From an uncultured Acidimicrobiia bacterium (lineage in GTDB: Bacteria; Actinomycetota; Acidimicrobiia; Spongiisociales; UBA5794): 64,000 bases of DNA. A program made the translations under genes and the position numbers. Below the pieces are notes generated by a model. The model saw only the letters and a program-made list of their open reading frames with translations, made no database searches and was not told where the DNA came from. Positions 29,964 to 39,412 of the stretch are shown here, one piece after another. The DNA is taken from contig OY970200.1 of assembly GCA_963708235.1 (NCBI GenBank), positions 1,713,373 to 1,777,372 on the forward strand, given 5' to 3'. How positions within the stretch are numbered: the stretch's first letter is position 1; each line of letters begins with the position of its first letter.

Positions 29964-31319
29964 TCAGAGCGAGGCGATCAGCTTGTCGACACGCTCGTCC
30001 ACCGAGCGGAACGGGTCCTTGCACAGGACGGTTCGTTGCGCCTGGTCGTTGAGCTTGAGATGGACCCAATCGACCGTAAAGTCGCGCTTGCGGCTCTTCG
30101 CCTCCTTGATGAAGGCGCCGCGCAACCGGGCGCGGGTGGTGGCGGGCGGGGTGGTGACCGCCTTGGCGATCGCCTCGTCGGTGACGACCCGCTCGACCAG
30201 ACCGCGGCGCTCGAGGACGTAGTACAGACCGCGATCCCGGTTGATGTCGTGGTAGCTGAGATCGACCAGCGCCATCTGCGGGGAGGACAGGGACAGGTGC
30301 CGCTGCTCGCGGTAACGGTCGATCAACCGGTACTTCGCCACCCAGTCGACCTCGCGGTGCAGTGACATCGGATCCTTCTCCAGACCGGTGAGGAGGTACT
30401 CCCACATCTCGACCGCCCGCTCCACCTGGACGGGGAACCCGACGTTCCGGCCGTATTTCATCACCCGCTCCAGATACTCCCACTGCACATCGAGCGCCGA
30501 CAGCTCACGGCCGTTGGCGAGCCGCACCCGGCGACGGCAGGTGATGTCATGGGAGATCTCGCGGATGGCGCGGATCGGGTTCTCCAGCGAGAGGTCGCGG
30601 AACACCACGTCGTCCTCCAGCATCTGGAGCAGGGCGGCGGTGGTGCCGACCTTGACGAAAGTGACGTACTCCGACATGTTCGAGTCACCGGCGATGACAT
30701 GGAGCCGGCGATACTTCTCGGCGTCGGCATGGGGTTCGTCGCGGGTGTTGATGATGGGGCGGCTGCGGGTCGTGGCCGAGGAGATCCCTTCCCAGATGTG
30801 TTCCGACCGCTGCGCCAGACAGAACACGGTGCCCCGGGCAGTCTGCAGCAGCTTGCCGGCGCCGGCGTAGACCTGACGGGTGACGAAGAAGGGGATCAGT
30901 GTGTCGATGACCCGCTGGAAGTCACCCTGCCGTCCCACCAGGTAGTTCTCGTGGCATCCGTAGGAGTTGCCTGCCGAGTCGGTGTTGTTCTTGAAGAGGT
31001 AGATCTGACCGCGGATGCCCTCTTCCTCGAGCCGCTGTTCCGCCGAATGGAGCAGGCTCTCCAGGATCCGTTCCCCGGCCTTGTCGTGGGCGACGATGTC
31101 GTAGAGGCTGTCGCACTCTGCGGTGGCGTACTCGGGGTGGCTTCCCACGTCGAGATACAGACGTGACCCGTTCTCGAGGAACACGTTCGATGAGCGGCCC
31201 CAGCTGACCACGCGTCGGAACAGATATCTGGCCACCTCGTCCGGCGACAGCCTTCGCTGCCCGCGCAGGGTGCAGGTGACGCCGTATTCGGTTTCGATAC
31301 CGTAGATTCGTCGCTGCAC
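29964..31319 (-). CDS. pafA: Pup--protein ligase PafA
   Basis: The N-terminus [13 protein letters not shown] is the PafA/Dop hallmark, and the length is 451 aa. It lies upstream of pafBC. Confidence 0.9.
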   Translation of the reverse strand: MQRRIYGIETEYGVTCTLRGQRRLSPDEVARYLFRRVVSWGRSSNVFLENGSRLYLDVGSHPEYATAECDSLYDIVAHDKAGERILESLLHSAEQRLEEEGIRGQIYLFKNNTDSAGNSYGCHENYLVGRQGDFQRVIDTLIPFFVTRQVYAGAGKLLQTARGTVFCLAQRSEHIWEGISSATTRSRPIINTRDEPHADAEKYRRLHVIAGDSNMSEYVTFVKVGTTAALLQMLEDDVVFRDLSLENPIRAIREISHDITCRRRVRLANGRELSALDVQWEYLERVMKYGRNVGFPVQVERAVEMWEYLLTGLEKDPMSLHREVDWVAKYRLIDRYREQRHLSLSSPQMALVDLSYHDINRDRGLYYVLERRGLVERVVTDEAIAKAVTTPPATTRARLRGAFIKEAKSRKRDFTVDWVHLKLNDQAQRTVLCKDPFRSVDERVDKLIASL

Positions 31320-31328
31320 GCCGTCAGG

Positions 31329-32672
31329 CTACCCCGGGCCGGCGGCTGCGGAGGTATCGCCGTGACCGTCGGAGTCGGCCGGCGGGTCACCGGCGACCGG
31401 AACCGTCGTCGCCTGGCGCGAGGTGACCGGGTCACCGAGGCCGCTGAGGATGTTGACTCCCGTGGCGTTCTCGATCTGCTCGGTGAGCTTGATCACCGTG
31501 GCGGGAAGCTGGCTGAGCATTCCGGGGATCGACCCTCCCCCGTTGCCGGAATCGATCACCGACACCCGGTCGATGCTCACCCCCTCGACGGTGCTGACGA
31601 TGCGGTCGACGAGATCGGGGAGCATGTTGAGCACGAAGATCCGCTCGGCGTCCTCTCCGGCTTCCTGATACTGCGCCACGAGACGACGGAACACCTCGAT
31701 ACCGGCGTTGCCGTCCTCGATGATCTTGGCGGCGTTCCCGACGGCTTCGAGTTCCTTCGCCTCCTTGGCGGCACGGGCCGGTTCGATCACATCGGCCTCG
31801 AGCCGGCGACGCTGCAGCTCGATGCGCTGCTGCTCCAACTCCTGCTGGGCGACGGTGCGCGCCCGGTCCGCCTCGACCTCGGCCTCGGCCTCCGCCGCCG
31901 CCGCCACGCGCTCGAGCTCGGCGTTGCGGACACGGAGGGCATTCTGGCGTTCGACGATGGCCAGGTCGGCTTCGACACGGGCGATCTCGCCGCGGCGGCG
32001 CGCCTCGGCCTCCTGCTCCTCGGCCTCGGTCTGGCGGAGAGCCTCGGCGACCCGGGCCTCCTTGAGCACGTGGGCGGTCTGGCGGCGACCCACCGAGTCG
32101 AGATACCCCACCTCGTCGGTGACGTTCTGGATCTTGAGCACATCGAGCTCGAGTCCGAGCGTCTTGATGTCGTCGTCGGCCTCGTCGATCAACGTCTGGG
32201 CGAACTTGAGCCGGTCCTCGTTGACCTCTTCGGGAGTGAGCGTGGCGAGCACGCCACGGAGGTTGGCCTCGAGCGTCTCCTTGGCGAGCTGCGGGATGAA
32301 GTCGGGGGGGCGCCCGAGGAACCGCTCCATCGAGTTCTCCAGCAGCCCTTCCTTGCTGGAGATCTTGACGTTGGCGATGCCCTGGACGTTGAGCGGGATG
32401 GCGCCCTTCGAGTAGGCGTTGGACACGGCGACCTCGATGGGCAGGGTGTTGAGATCCATGAACTGGACCCGTTCGATGATCGGCCAGCGCAAGGTGCGTC
32501 CGCCCCTCAGCAGGCGGTATCCGATGGTGCGTCCGTCGGGAAGCTGTCTGGTCCGGCCGGTGATCACGGCGATCTGGTTCGGGGAACAGATCACGATGAA
32601 CGAGCGCACGGCGAGCCCGGCGAAGAGTACGGCGAGCAGGACCAGTCCTGCCAGGGTAAGGATCGTTTCCAT
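31329..32672 (-). CDS. SPFH/band-7 (flotillin-like) membrane protein
   Basis: It has an N-terminal TM helix, an SPFH domain and a long Ala/Glu-rich coiled coil (EAEARRRGEIARVEADLA...). Start ATG 32672, with GAGGTG 7 nt upstream. Confidence 0.8.
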   Translation of the reverse strand: METILTLAGLVLLAVLFAGLAVRSFIVICSPNQIAVITGRTRQLPDGRTIGYRLLRGGRTLRWPIIERVQFMDLNTLPIEVAVSNAYSKGAIPLNVQGIANVKISSKEGLLENSMERFLGRPPDFIPQLAKETLEANLRGVLATLTPEEVNEDRLKFAQTLIDEADDDIKTLGLELDVLKIQNVTDEVGYLDSVGRRQTAHVLKEARVAEALRQTEAEEQEAEARRRGEIARVEADLAIVERQNALRVRNAELERVAAAAEAEAEVEADRARTVAQQELEQQRIELQRRRLEADVIEPARAAKEAKELEAVGNAAKIIEDGNAGIEVFRRLVAQYQEAGEDAERIFVLNMLPDLVDRIVSTVEGVSIDRVSVIDSGNGGGSIPGMLSQLPATVIKLTEQIENATGVNILSGLGDPVTSRQATTVPVAGDPPADSDGHGDTSAAAGPG

Positions 32673-32756
32673 CAGGCACACCTCATTGTCTTGCGGGCGT
32701 CATTGTCAGCTGACCTCGTTGTCGAGGCGGGGACGGGTAGGAATCGGTCTGGTGCA

Positions 32757-33350
32757 CTACTCGAAGTCGTCCATGGCGGTGACCAGGGCGATGCTCTGGT
32801 CGATCTCGACGACGACCACGAGATCGCCCACCCCGAAGTAGGCATTGTCGGGGCGATAGGGCAGCGCCACATACGAGATGTCCTGACCGTCGAGGTCGAC
32901 GGCGACCCGCCCCTTACGGTCCGCGCCGAGGGGAACGGTGACCCGACCGGTCCGGCCGACGATGTGGCGTTCGCCGACGGACGAATCGCTGCTGTTCCGG
33001 ATCAGCCAGGACACCAGGGCACCGTGGGTCCAGGCCGCCACCAACCCCAGCAGTACGGCCCAGATTGCGGTCATCACCGGGTTGGTGCCGATCCACCCCA
33101 GCACCAGTCCGGTGAGACCGAAGAAGGCGGCGAAGAACGCCAGACCGGTCAGGGAGAAGAACGTCGCCAGGAACGAGGACACCGCCCCACCGTCGCCACC
33201 TCCGTCGCCGGCGCCGGCATCCTGGAGGTCGAACCCGTCACCGGCACCGCCCTCGGCGGCATCCCCGAAGAGAACGAAGAAACCCACCAGAGGCCAGCCG
33301 ACCAGGGCGGCGAACAAATACCAGGGAGTCAACCCGTCCTCGATCCTCAC
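32757..33350 (-). CDS. NfeD-family membrane protein (OB-fold; partner of SPFH proteins); start uncertain (33332-33350)
   Basis: TM helices (LFAALVGWPLVGFFVLFG...) are followed by a C-terminal beta-rich OB-like domain (HIVGRTGRVTVPLGADRKGRVAVDLDGQDISYVALPY). The first 75 aa of the listed ORF are composition artifacts antisense to the next gene. Confidence 0.65.
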   Translation of the reverse strand: MRIEDGLTPWYLFAALVGWPLVGFFVLFGDAAEGGAGDGFDLQDAGAGDGGGDGGAVSSFLATFFSLTGLAFFAAFFGLTGLVLGWIGTNPVMTAIWAVLLGLVAAWTHGALVSWLIRNSSDSSVGERHIVGRTGRVTVPLGADRKGRVAVDLDGQDISYVALPYRPDNAYFGVGDLVVVVEIDQSIALVTAMDDFE

Positions 33351-33446
33351 TCGACTGCGTCGCCATCCGAGTGTACCGATCGGTCTCCGGCGATCCCACT
33401 GCCGCCGGGATCGGCACTGGGATCCGTTCGATACCACAATGGTCGG

Positions 33447-33830
33447 ATGCAGCAGCACGCAGCGGCGTCCGGCCAGGGGCAGGGAGCCCGGTTCGTCAAG
33501 CTCACCACGCTGGGCAACCTCAACGTCGCCCACATCATGGCGGCGCGGTTGCGGGCCGAAGGTATCGAGGTCCGCCTCCACGGCGGTTCGCTGGGTGTCT
33601 ACCCGGTGACGGTGGGGCGCATGGCCGAAACCGAGCTGTGGGTACTGAGCGACCGGATCGACGAGGCCAGCCAGGTGATGCTCGACGCCGAGGTCAATGA
33701 CATCCTCGAGCCGGTGGTGGCGGGATCGCGGCCCCGCAACGGACTACCCATCGAGATCAGGGCCGTGGCGGTGGTGTTGGGTGTGGCGCTCGCCGCCCTC
33801 TACGTGTTGCGGATCGTGGCCCTCGCCTGA
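33447..33830 (+). CDS. putative small DUF2007-like protein (putative signal-transducing protein fold) with a C-terminal TM helix
   Basis: These are the last 127 codons of the otherwise spurious ORF 31362..33830. The segment VKLTTLGNLNVAHIMAARLRAEGIEVRLHGG...VYPVTVGRMAETELWVLSDRIDEASQVM fits the DUF2007 pattern. It is divergent from nfeD. Confidence 0.4.
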   Translation: MQQHAAASGQGQGARFVKLTTLGNLNVAHIMAARLRAEGIEVRLHGGSLGVYPVTVGRMAETELWVLSDRIDEASQVMLDAEVNDILEPVVAGSRPRNGLPIEIRAVAVVLGVALAALYVLRIVALA

Positions 33831-33865
33831 GATGCGGCGGCGGGGGCGGCCTGACCCCGTAGGCG

Positions 33866-34549
33866 TCAGCCTTCCCGGGCAGCCGTGATCTCGTCGGGAG
33901 CCACCCAGCGGAAGGTGCGCCGGGGTCGGGTCCGGTCGAGCACCGCCGCTTCCCAGTCGGCGGCGGCAACCTCACGGTCATCGATCTCCTCGATGGCGGT
34001 GGTGGCCAGCGCCATCGCCGGAGCCAGATCCATGGTGGGCGCCCAGGAGTCTCCGAGTTTGGCGGCAAGTTGCTCTTCGGTGCCGCCCATGGCGCCGAAC
34101 CCGTCAACCACACTGAGGGTGCCGTCGAATCTGATCCGGAACAGCCGGGTGTCCTCGGGTTGCGCCCCGATCTCCGCCACCATGACCTCGACCTCGTACG
34201 GCTTGACCTCGTGGGTGAAGATCTGTCCGAGCGTCTGGGAGTAGGCGTTGGCGAGACCCCTGGCGGTGACGTCGGTACGGCTGTAGGCGTAGCCCTTGAC
34301 GTCGGCGTAGCGGATCCCGGCGACGCGGAGGGTCTCGAACTCGTTGAAGCGTCCGACCCCGGCAAACGCCACCCGGTCGTAGATCTCTCCGAGCTTGTGC
34401 AGCGAGCCGCTCGGGTTCTCCCCCACCAGGAGCACCCCGTCGGCGTATTCCATCACCACCAGTGAACGGCCCCGGGCGATCCCCTTGCGGGCGAACTCGG
34501 CCTTGTCCTTGATGAGCTGTTCGGGCGGCACATAGAACGGGATGGTCAT
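33866..34549 (-). CDS. prcA: 20S proteasome alpha subunit
   Basis: The alpha-subunit fold begins at MTIPFYVPPEQLIKDKAEFARKG. There is a 4-nt overlap with prcB. Confidence 0.9.
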   Translation of the reverse strand: MTIPFYVPPEQLIKDKAEFARKGIARGRSLVVMEYADGVLLVGENPSGSLHKLGEIYDRVAFAGVGRFNEFETLRVAGIRYADVKGYAYSRTDVTARGLANAYSQTLGQIFTHEVKPYEVEVMVAEIGAQPEDTRLFRIRFDGTLSVVDGFGAMGGTEEQLAAKLGDSWAPTMDLAPAMALATTAIEEIDDREVAAADWEAAVLDRTRPRRTFRWVAPDEITAAREG

Positions 34550-35373
34550 GGCCGGCCCTCCATCACCTCGGCGGCGACGGCGGCAAGACGCTCGTCGGAG
34601 ACCGTGGCGAGCCCGACCGAGGTCACGGTGACCACGTTGGGATAGATCCCACGCCGAACATCCGGACCTCCGGTGGCGGAATCCTCCTCGGCGGCGGCGA
34701 CCAGCGCTTCGATGGCGATACGCAGCGCCGCTTCCTCGTCCATGTCGTCGCGATAGGCGCCCTTGAGGAAGGCCTTGGCCTCGGCGCCGCCCGACCCGGT
34801 GGTGGCGTACTCGCGCTCCTCGTAGCGGCCGCCCACGACATCGAAGGTGTAGAGCTGGCCCTCGTCGGCGACCTCGTCGTATCCACAGAACAACGGCACC
34901 ACCGCCAGACCCTGGAACGCCATCGGGAGGTGGTTGCGGACCATGCGGGCGAGGTAGTTCGCCTTGCCCTCGAGACTGAGGCGGGTGCCCTCGATCTTCT
35001 CGTAGTGTTCGAGTTCGGTCTGGAACAGCCGGATCAGCTCGACCGCCATCCCTGCGGTGCCGGAGATCGCCACCGCCGAGTAGTCGTCGGCGGCGAACAC
35101 CTTCTGGATCCGTTTGTGGGCGATGACGTTGCCGGCGGTGGCGCGGCGGTCTCCCGCCATCACCACACCGTCGGCGTAGCGGAGAGCCAACACCGTGGTT
35201 CCCTCGGGCACATCGGGCAGCTCACCCGGCGCCACGGTCCAGCTCGGTGCGACCCCCTGGGAACGGAGTACCTCGGCGAAGCCGCGGCCGGAACTCAGCA
35301 GCGGGGGCATCGATGAGGTGCCGACACCGGGGAGCCCGGTTCCCTGGCCGAGATCGTCTCGGCCGGTCCTCAC
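34546..35373 (-). CDS. prcB: 20S proteasome beta subunit (with propeptide)
   Basis: The propeptide is followed by the TTVLALRY mature N-terminus (catalytic Thr). There is an ATGA overlap with the pup stop. Confidence 0.9.
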   Translation of the reverse strand: MRTGRDDLGQGTGLPGVGTSSMPPLLSSGRGFAEVLRSQGVAPSWTVAPGELPDVPEGTTVLALRYADGVVMAGDRRATAGNVIAHKRIQKVFAADDYSAVAISGTAGMAVELIRLFQTELEHYEKIEGTRLSLEGKANYLARMVRNHLPMAFQGLAVVPLFCGYDEVADEGQLYTFDVVGGRYEEREYATTGSGGAEAKAFLKGAYRDDMDEEAALRIAIEALVAAAEEDSATGGPDVRRGIYPNVVTVTSVGLATVSDERLAAVAAEVMEGRP

Positions 35374-35564
35374 TCGCCGCCCTTCTGGACGTAGTTCTTG
35401 ACGAACTCTTCGGCGTTCTCCTCGAGCACCGAGTCGATCTCTTCGAGGAGGTCGTCGATCCGCTCGGTGAGCTCTTCCGCCTGTTCCGGTACCTGCGGAT
35501 CGACTTCAGTGGTGTCGACCTCGGTGGTGTCCGGCGTCGTCTGTTTGCGATCTTGTTCAGCCAT
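35370..35564 (-). CDS. pup: prokaryotic ubiquitin-like protein Pup, C-terminal GGE variant
   Basis: The 64-aa acidic disordered protein ends ...NYVQKGGE. A C-terminal Glu means no deamidation is needed before ligation. Confidence 0.9.
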   Translation of the reverse strand: MAEQDRKQTTPDTTEVDTTEVDPQVPEQAEELTERIDDLLEEIDSVLEENAEEFVKNYVQKGGE

Positions 35565-37042
35565 TGTCGCCTCCCAGGGCCCGAATCAAAGCGGCAGGTG
35601 TGTCACTCTGGTCGAGGATCGTTTCGACCATGTCCTTCGAACCGCGCAGGGGTTCCATCATAGGCACCCGCTTCAGCGACTCCTCGCCCGTGTCGAAGAC
35701 GAGCGAGTCCCAGTTGGCGGCCACGAGCGCCGACCCGAAGCGGGACACACACCGGCCGCGAAAGTACGCCCGGGTGTCTTCGGGCGGTTCGGAGACGGCG
35801 TGCGCCACCTCGTCGTCGTCGAAGAGCCGACGCATCCTGCCGGCACCCACCAGACGGTGGTAGAGACCGCGATCGGGGTCGACGTCGTGGTACTGGAGGT
35901 CGAGGAGACGCATCTTCGGATCGTCCCAGTCCAGGTCGTCGCGCTCGGCGATATCCCAGCAGGAGGCGGTACTTCGCCACCCAGTCGAGCCGGTCGGCCA
36001 GCCGGAGCGGGTCCGCCTCGAGATCGGTCAACACCGACTCCCACACCGCCACCACATCGGCGAAGATCTCGTCCTGGTCGCTGTCGTGGAGGTACTTGGT
36101 GGCCCATTCCAGGTACTGCCACTGGGCGGCGAGGGCGGTGATGGTCCGGCCGCTCTCGAGCTCGTAGACCCCGTTCAGGTCGAGGTCGTGGCTGATCTGC
36201 CAGGTGGCCGCCACCGGCCGGTCCAGCACCAGCGGTTCGGGAAGGGCGCCGTCCTCGAGGGCGGAGAGGATCAGCATGGCGGAACCCAGCTTGAGGAAGG
36301 TCTGGGTCTCGGAGAGGTTGGCGTCGCCGATGATGACATGGAGGCGCCGGTACCTGGCGGGGTCGGCATGCGGCTCGTCGCGGGTGTTGATGATGGGCCG
36401 CTTCAAGGTGGTCTCCAGCCCGACCTCCTCCTCGAAGAAGTCGGCGCGCTGGGTGATCTGGAAGTCCGCCTTCGGACGTCCGTTCTCGGAGCCGACCTTG
36501 CCCGAGCCGGTGAAGATCTGGCGCGTCACCAGGAACCCGGTGAAGTGTCGGACCACCTCACCGAACGGAACGGACCGTGCCAGCAGGTAGTTCTCGTGGG
36601 TTCCGTAGGAGTTGCCCTTGCCGTCGCTGTTGTTCTTGTGGGCGAAGATCCGCTCCTCGGGAGGCATCATGGCCCGCGCCGAGGCGACGGCTCGCGCCAT
36701 GATCATCTCGCCCGCCTTCTCGTACAGGGCGGCCTGGAGCGGTCCGGTGCATTCCGGGGTGGAGTATTCGGGGTGGGCGTGATCGACGTAGAGCCGGGCG
36801 CCGTTGGCGAGGACCACGTTGACCAGCCCGGTTTCGAGTTCGATCGGGAGCGGGTCGTCGGTGTACCCGCCACGGGCGTCCCGGCCCGGCGATTCCTCGT
36901 CGAACGACCACTGGATCCTGGCCCGCCCGCCCCGGTACGCATTGATCAAGGTGCTCGACGCCAGGACCGGGTTGTACTCGGCCTGATTGCGCACCGTGAT
37001 GCCGTACTCGGTTTCGGTACCGAGAACCTTGGGCAACGCCAT
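35557..37042 (-). pseudogene. dop: Pup deamidase/depupylase Dop, with an apparent +1 frameshift near 35947-35950
   Basis: The N-terminal 365 aa lie in ORF 35603..37042 (MALPKVLGTETEYGI...[13 protein letters not shown]). The C-terminal 118 aa lie in ORF 35557..35913 (DDLDWDDPKMRLLDLQYHDVDPDRGLY...). Removing one C from ggatatcgCCgagcgc restores ...GYRERDDLDWDDPK..., giving about 494 aa. Confidence 0.8.
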
Positions 37043-37119
37043 CGGTCAGGGGTCCCGTCTCACCGGTGTCGTCCCGGACCCGACCGGTCCACACGTGACG
37101 GGGGCACCCATTGGCCGGC

Positions 37120-38880
37120 TCACAGATACTGACCGGGGGTCACCGCTTCGATGCTGCGGCTCTCGCCGTCACCCTGGATCAGGGTGCGGACATAGACGAT
37201 CCGCTCGCCCTTCTTGCCGGAGATGCGAGCCCAGTCATCGGGGTTGGTGGTGTTGGGCAGATCTTCGTGCTCCTGGAACTCCTGGACCACGGCGCGATCG
37301 AGATCTTCGGCGACCAGCCCCGGTGGCTCTCCGGCGATCTCGCGCTTGATGGCGTCCTTCTTGGCGCGCCGCACGATGTTCTCGATCATGGCGCCGCTGG
37401 AGAAGTCCTTGAAGTAGAGCACCTCACGATCGCCGTTGGCGTAGGTGACTTCGAGGAACCGGTTCCGGTCGGTGGTCTCGTACATCCGATCGACCACCTG
37501 GTCGATGAGGGTGGTGATCATGGTTGGGGTGTCGTCGTGGCGTTCCCGCTCGGCGGCGGCGTACGGCAGCACATCGGTCAGGTAGATCGAGAAGATCTGG
37601 CGGGCGGCGGCGGCGTCGGGGCGTTCGATCTTGACCTTGACATCGAGTCGCCCGGGGCGGAGGATCGCCGGGTCGATGAGGTCCTCCCGGTTGGAGGCAC
37701 CGATGACGATGACGTTCTTCAGCGTTTCTACACCGTCGAGCTCGGAGAGAAGCTGGGGGACGATGGTCGACTCGACGTCGGACGAGACCCCGGTGCCGCG
37801 GGTGCGGAACAGCGAGTCCATCTCGTCGAAGAAGACGATGACCGGCACACCCTCGTCGGACTTCTCCTTGGCGCGCTGGAAGATCAGCCTGATCTGGCGC
37901 TCGGTCTCCCCGACATACTTGTTGAGCAGCTCCGGGCCCTTGATGTTGAGGAAGTAGCTGCGGGTGTCCTCGTTGCCCTCTTTGGCGGCGACGGCCTTGG
38001 CCAGGTTGTTGGCGACCGCCTTGGCGATCAGCGTCTTGCCACACCCCGGCGGACCGTAGAGCAGGACCCCCTTGGGGGCGGCCAGCCCGTATTCCTCGAA
38101 CCGCTCCTTGTGGACGTAGGGAAGCTCGACCGCATCCTGGATGGCGATGATCTGGTCGGTGAGCCCTCCGATGTCCTCATAGGTGACATCGGGAACCTCT
38201 TCCAGCACCAGTTCCTCGACCTCGGGGCGGATCAGCTTCTCGTAGGCGAGCGCGGTTTTCGGGTCGAGACGGACATGGTCCCCGACACGGAGGAACTCGC
38301 CGCGGAGCGGGGCGGCGATCTCGATCACCCGCTCGTCGTCGGCCCTGCCCAGGATGACGAGTCGATGGTCATCGAGCACTTCCTTGATGGTGACCACGTC
38401 ACCCCCGGCCTCGAAGGAGCGGACATCGATGACGTTGAAGGATTCGTTGAGGAGAACCTCCTGGCCGACCTCGAGCGCCTTGATCTCGATGTTCGGCTCG
38501 ACGTTGACCCGGAGCTTCCGTCCCGCGGTGTGGACGTCGGCCGTCCCGTCCTCGTTGATCCGCAGCACCGTGCCGAACGGGTTGGGAGGAGCACTGAGCT
38601 TCTCCACCTCCTCACGCAGCAGACCGAGCTGTTGGCGGGTCTCCTCGAGAACGGCGGTCAGCTTCTGGTTCTGCGACGCCGACTGGGCGAGCCGGTTCTT
38701 GGCTTCGAGAAGACGCTCCTCCAGAACCCGAACCCGGCGCGGAGCATCCTGGAGACGGCGCCGCAGAACGGCGATCTCCTCCTCCAGCATCCGGACCGTG
38801 GCCCGGAGCTGCTGAGCCTGGCTCTCGTTCTGCTCCACCCCGCCTCCTTCGGCTTGTGCCCGGGCCCCCACCGGCTGCAC
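37120..38880 (-). CDS. arc: proteasome-associated AAA ATPase ARC/Mpa
   Basis: It has an N-terminal coiled coil, an AAA+ core (GPPGCGKT) and the C-terminal GQYL proteasome-docking motif. Confidence 0.9.
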   Translation of the reverse strand: MQPVGARAQAEGGGVEQNESQAQQLRATVRMLEEEIAVLRRRLQDAPRRVRVLEERLLEAKNRLAQSASQNQKLTAVLEETRQQLGLLREEVEKLSAPPNPFGTVLRINEDGTADVHTAGRKLRVNVEPNIEIKALEVGQEVLLNESFNVIDVRSFEAGGDVVTIKEVLDDHRLVILGRADDERVIEIAAPLRGEFLRVGDHVRLDPKTALAYEKLIRPEVEELVLEEVPDVTYEDIGGLTDQIIAIQDAVELPYVHKERFEEYGLAAPKGVLLYGPPGCGKTLIAKAVANNLAKAVAAKEGNEDTRSYFLNIKGPELLNKYVGETERQIRLIFQRAKEKSDEGVPVIVFFDEMDSLFRTRGTGVSSDVESTIVPQLLSELDGVETLKNVIVIGASNREDLIDPAILRPGRLDVKVKIERPDAAAARQIFSIYLTDVLPYAAAERERHDDTPTMITTLIDQVVDRMYETTDRNRFLEVTYANGDREVLYFKDFSSGAMIENIVRRAKKDAIKREIAGEPPGLVAEDLDRAVVQEFQEHEDLPNTTNPDDWARISGKKGERIVYVRTLIQGDGESRSIEAVTPGQYL

Positions 38881-39081
38881 GCCTGGCCCGGGAAATCAGT
38901 GTAGGCCCGCATCGGTTGAACAGACACGACTTCTCAGCCCTCGGACCGGCCCCACCGTGAGCGTCGGCGACATCCCCTCCGGTGCGGCCCGTCGGCACCG
39001 AAAGGCAGGTTGCCGGACCGTGTTCGGTAGAGTGGGGAACACGCCATTCGAGGCCATCGTCTACAAAGGTTTCACGCCACC

Positions 39082-39327
39082 ATGAAGGTTTGGATCGACC
39101 AGGATCTCTGCACCGGCGACGGACTCTGTGAGGAAATCGCCCCGGATGTGTTCGTTCTCCTCGACGACGGACTCGCCTACGTGCGCGAGGGCGACATGAT
39201 CTTCGCCGAGTCCGAGGGAAACGCCCAGGGTGCCACCGGTCTCGCCGCCATCCCCGACGGTCAGCTCGACCTCGTCGTCGAGTCCGCCGAGGAATGTCCC
39301 GGCGAGTGCATCTTCATCGAGCCCTGA
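39082..39327 (+). CDS. small single-cluster ferredoxin (Cx2Dx2C...CP type)
   Basis: 81 aa: MKVWIDQDLCTGDGLCEEIAPDVF...ECPGECIFIEP. Confidence 0.75.
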   Translation: MKVWIDQDLCTGDGLCEEIAPDVFVLLDDGLAYVREGDMIFAESEGNAQGATGLAAIPDGQLDLVVESAEECPGECIFIEP

Positions 39328-39412
39328 ACTGCTCCTTCCGGCTCCCCGCCCCGGGCTGACCCGGTGCGCAACGGAGGGGGTCAGGCGCCACCCCGACCCC
39401 CTCGATGCGATG

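Noticed and set aside
31362-33830. 822-aa plus-strand ORF
   Set aside because: It is antisense to the flotillin and nfeD genes. Its composition (G/D/R/L-rich, no domains) is typical of high-GC antisense frames. Only its last 127 codons (33447..33830) look like a real small gene.
37111-38904. 597-aa plus-strand ORF
   Set aside because: It is fully antisense to arc/mpa, which has unambiguous AAA-ATPase motifs, and it has no motifs of its own.
38881-39081. Possible sigma70-like promoter (TAGAGT at about 39040) upstream of the ferredoxin
   Set aside because: The -10-like hexamer is present, but no properly spaced -35 element could be found. It is too weak to annotate.
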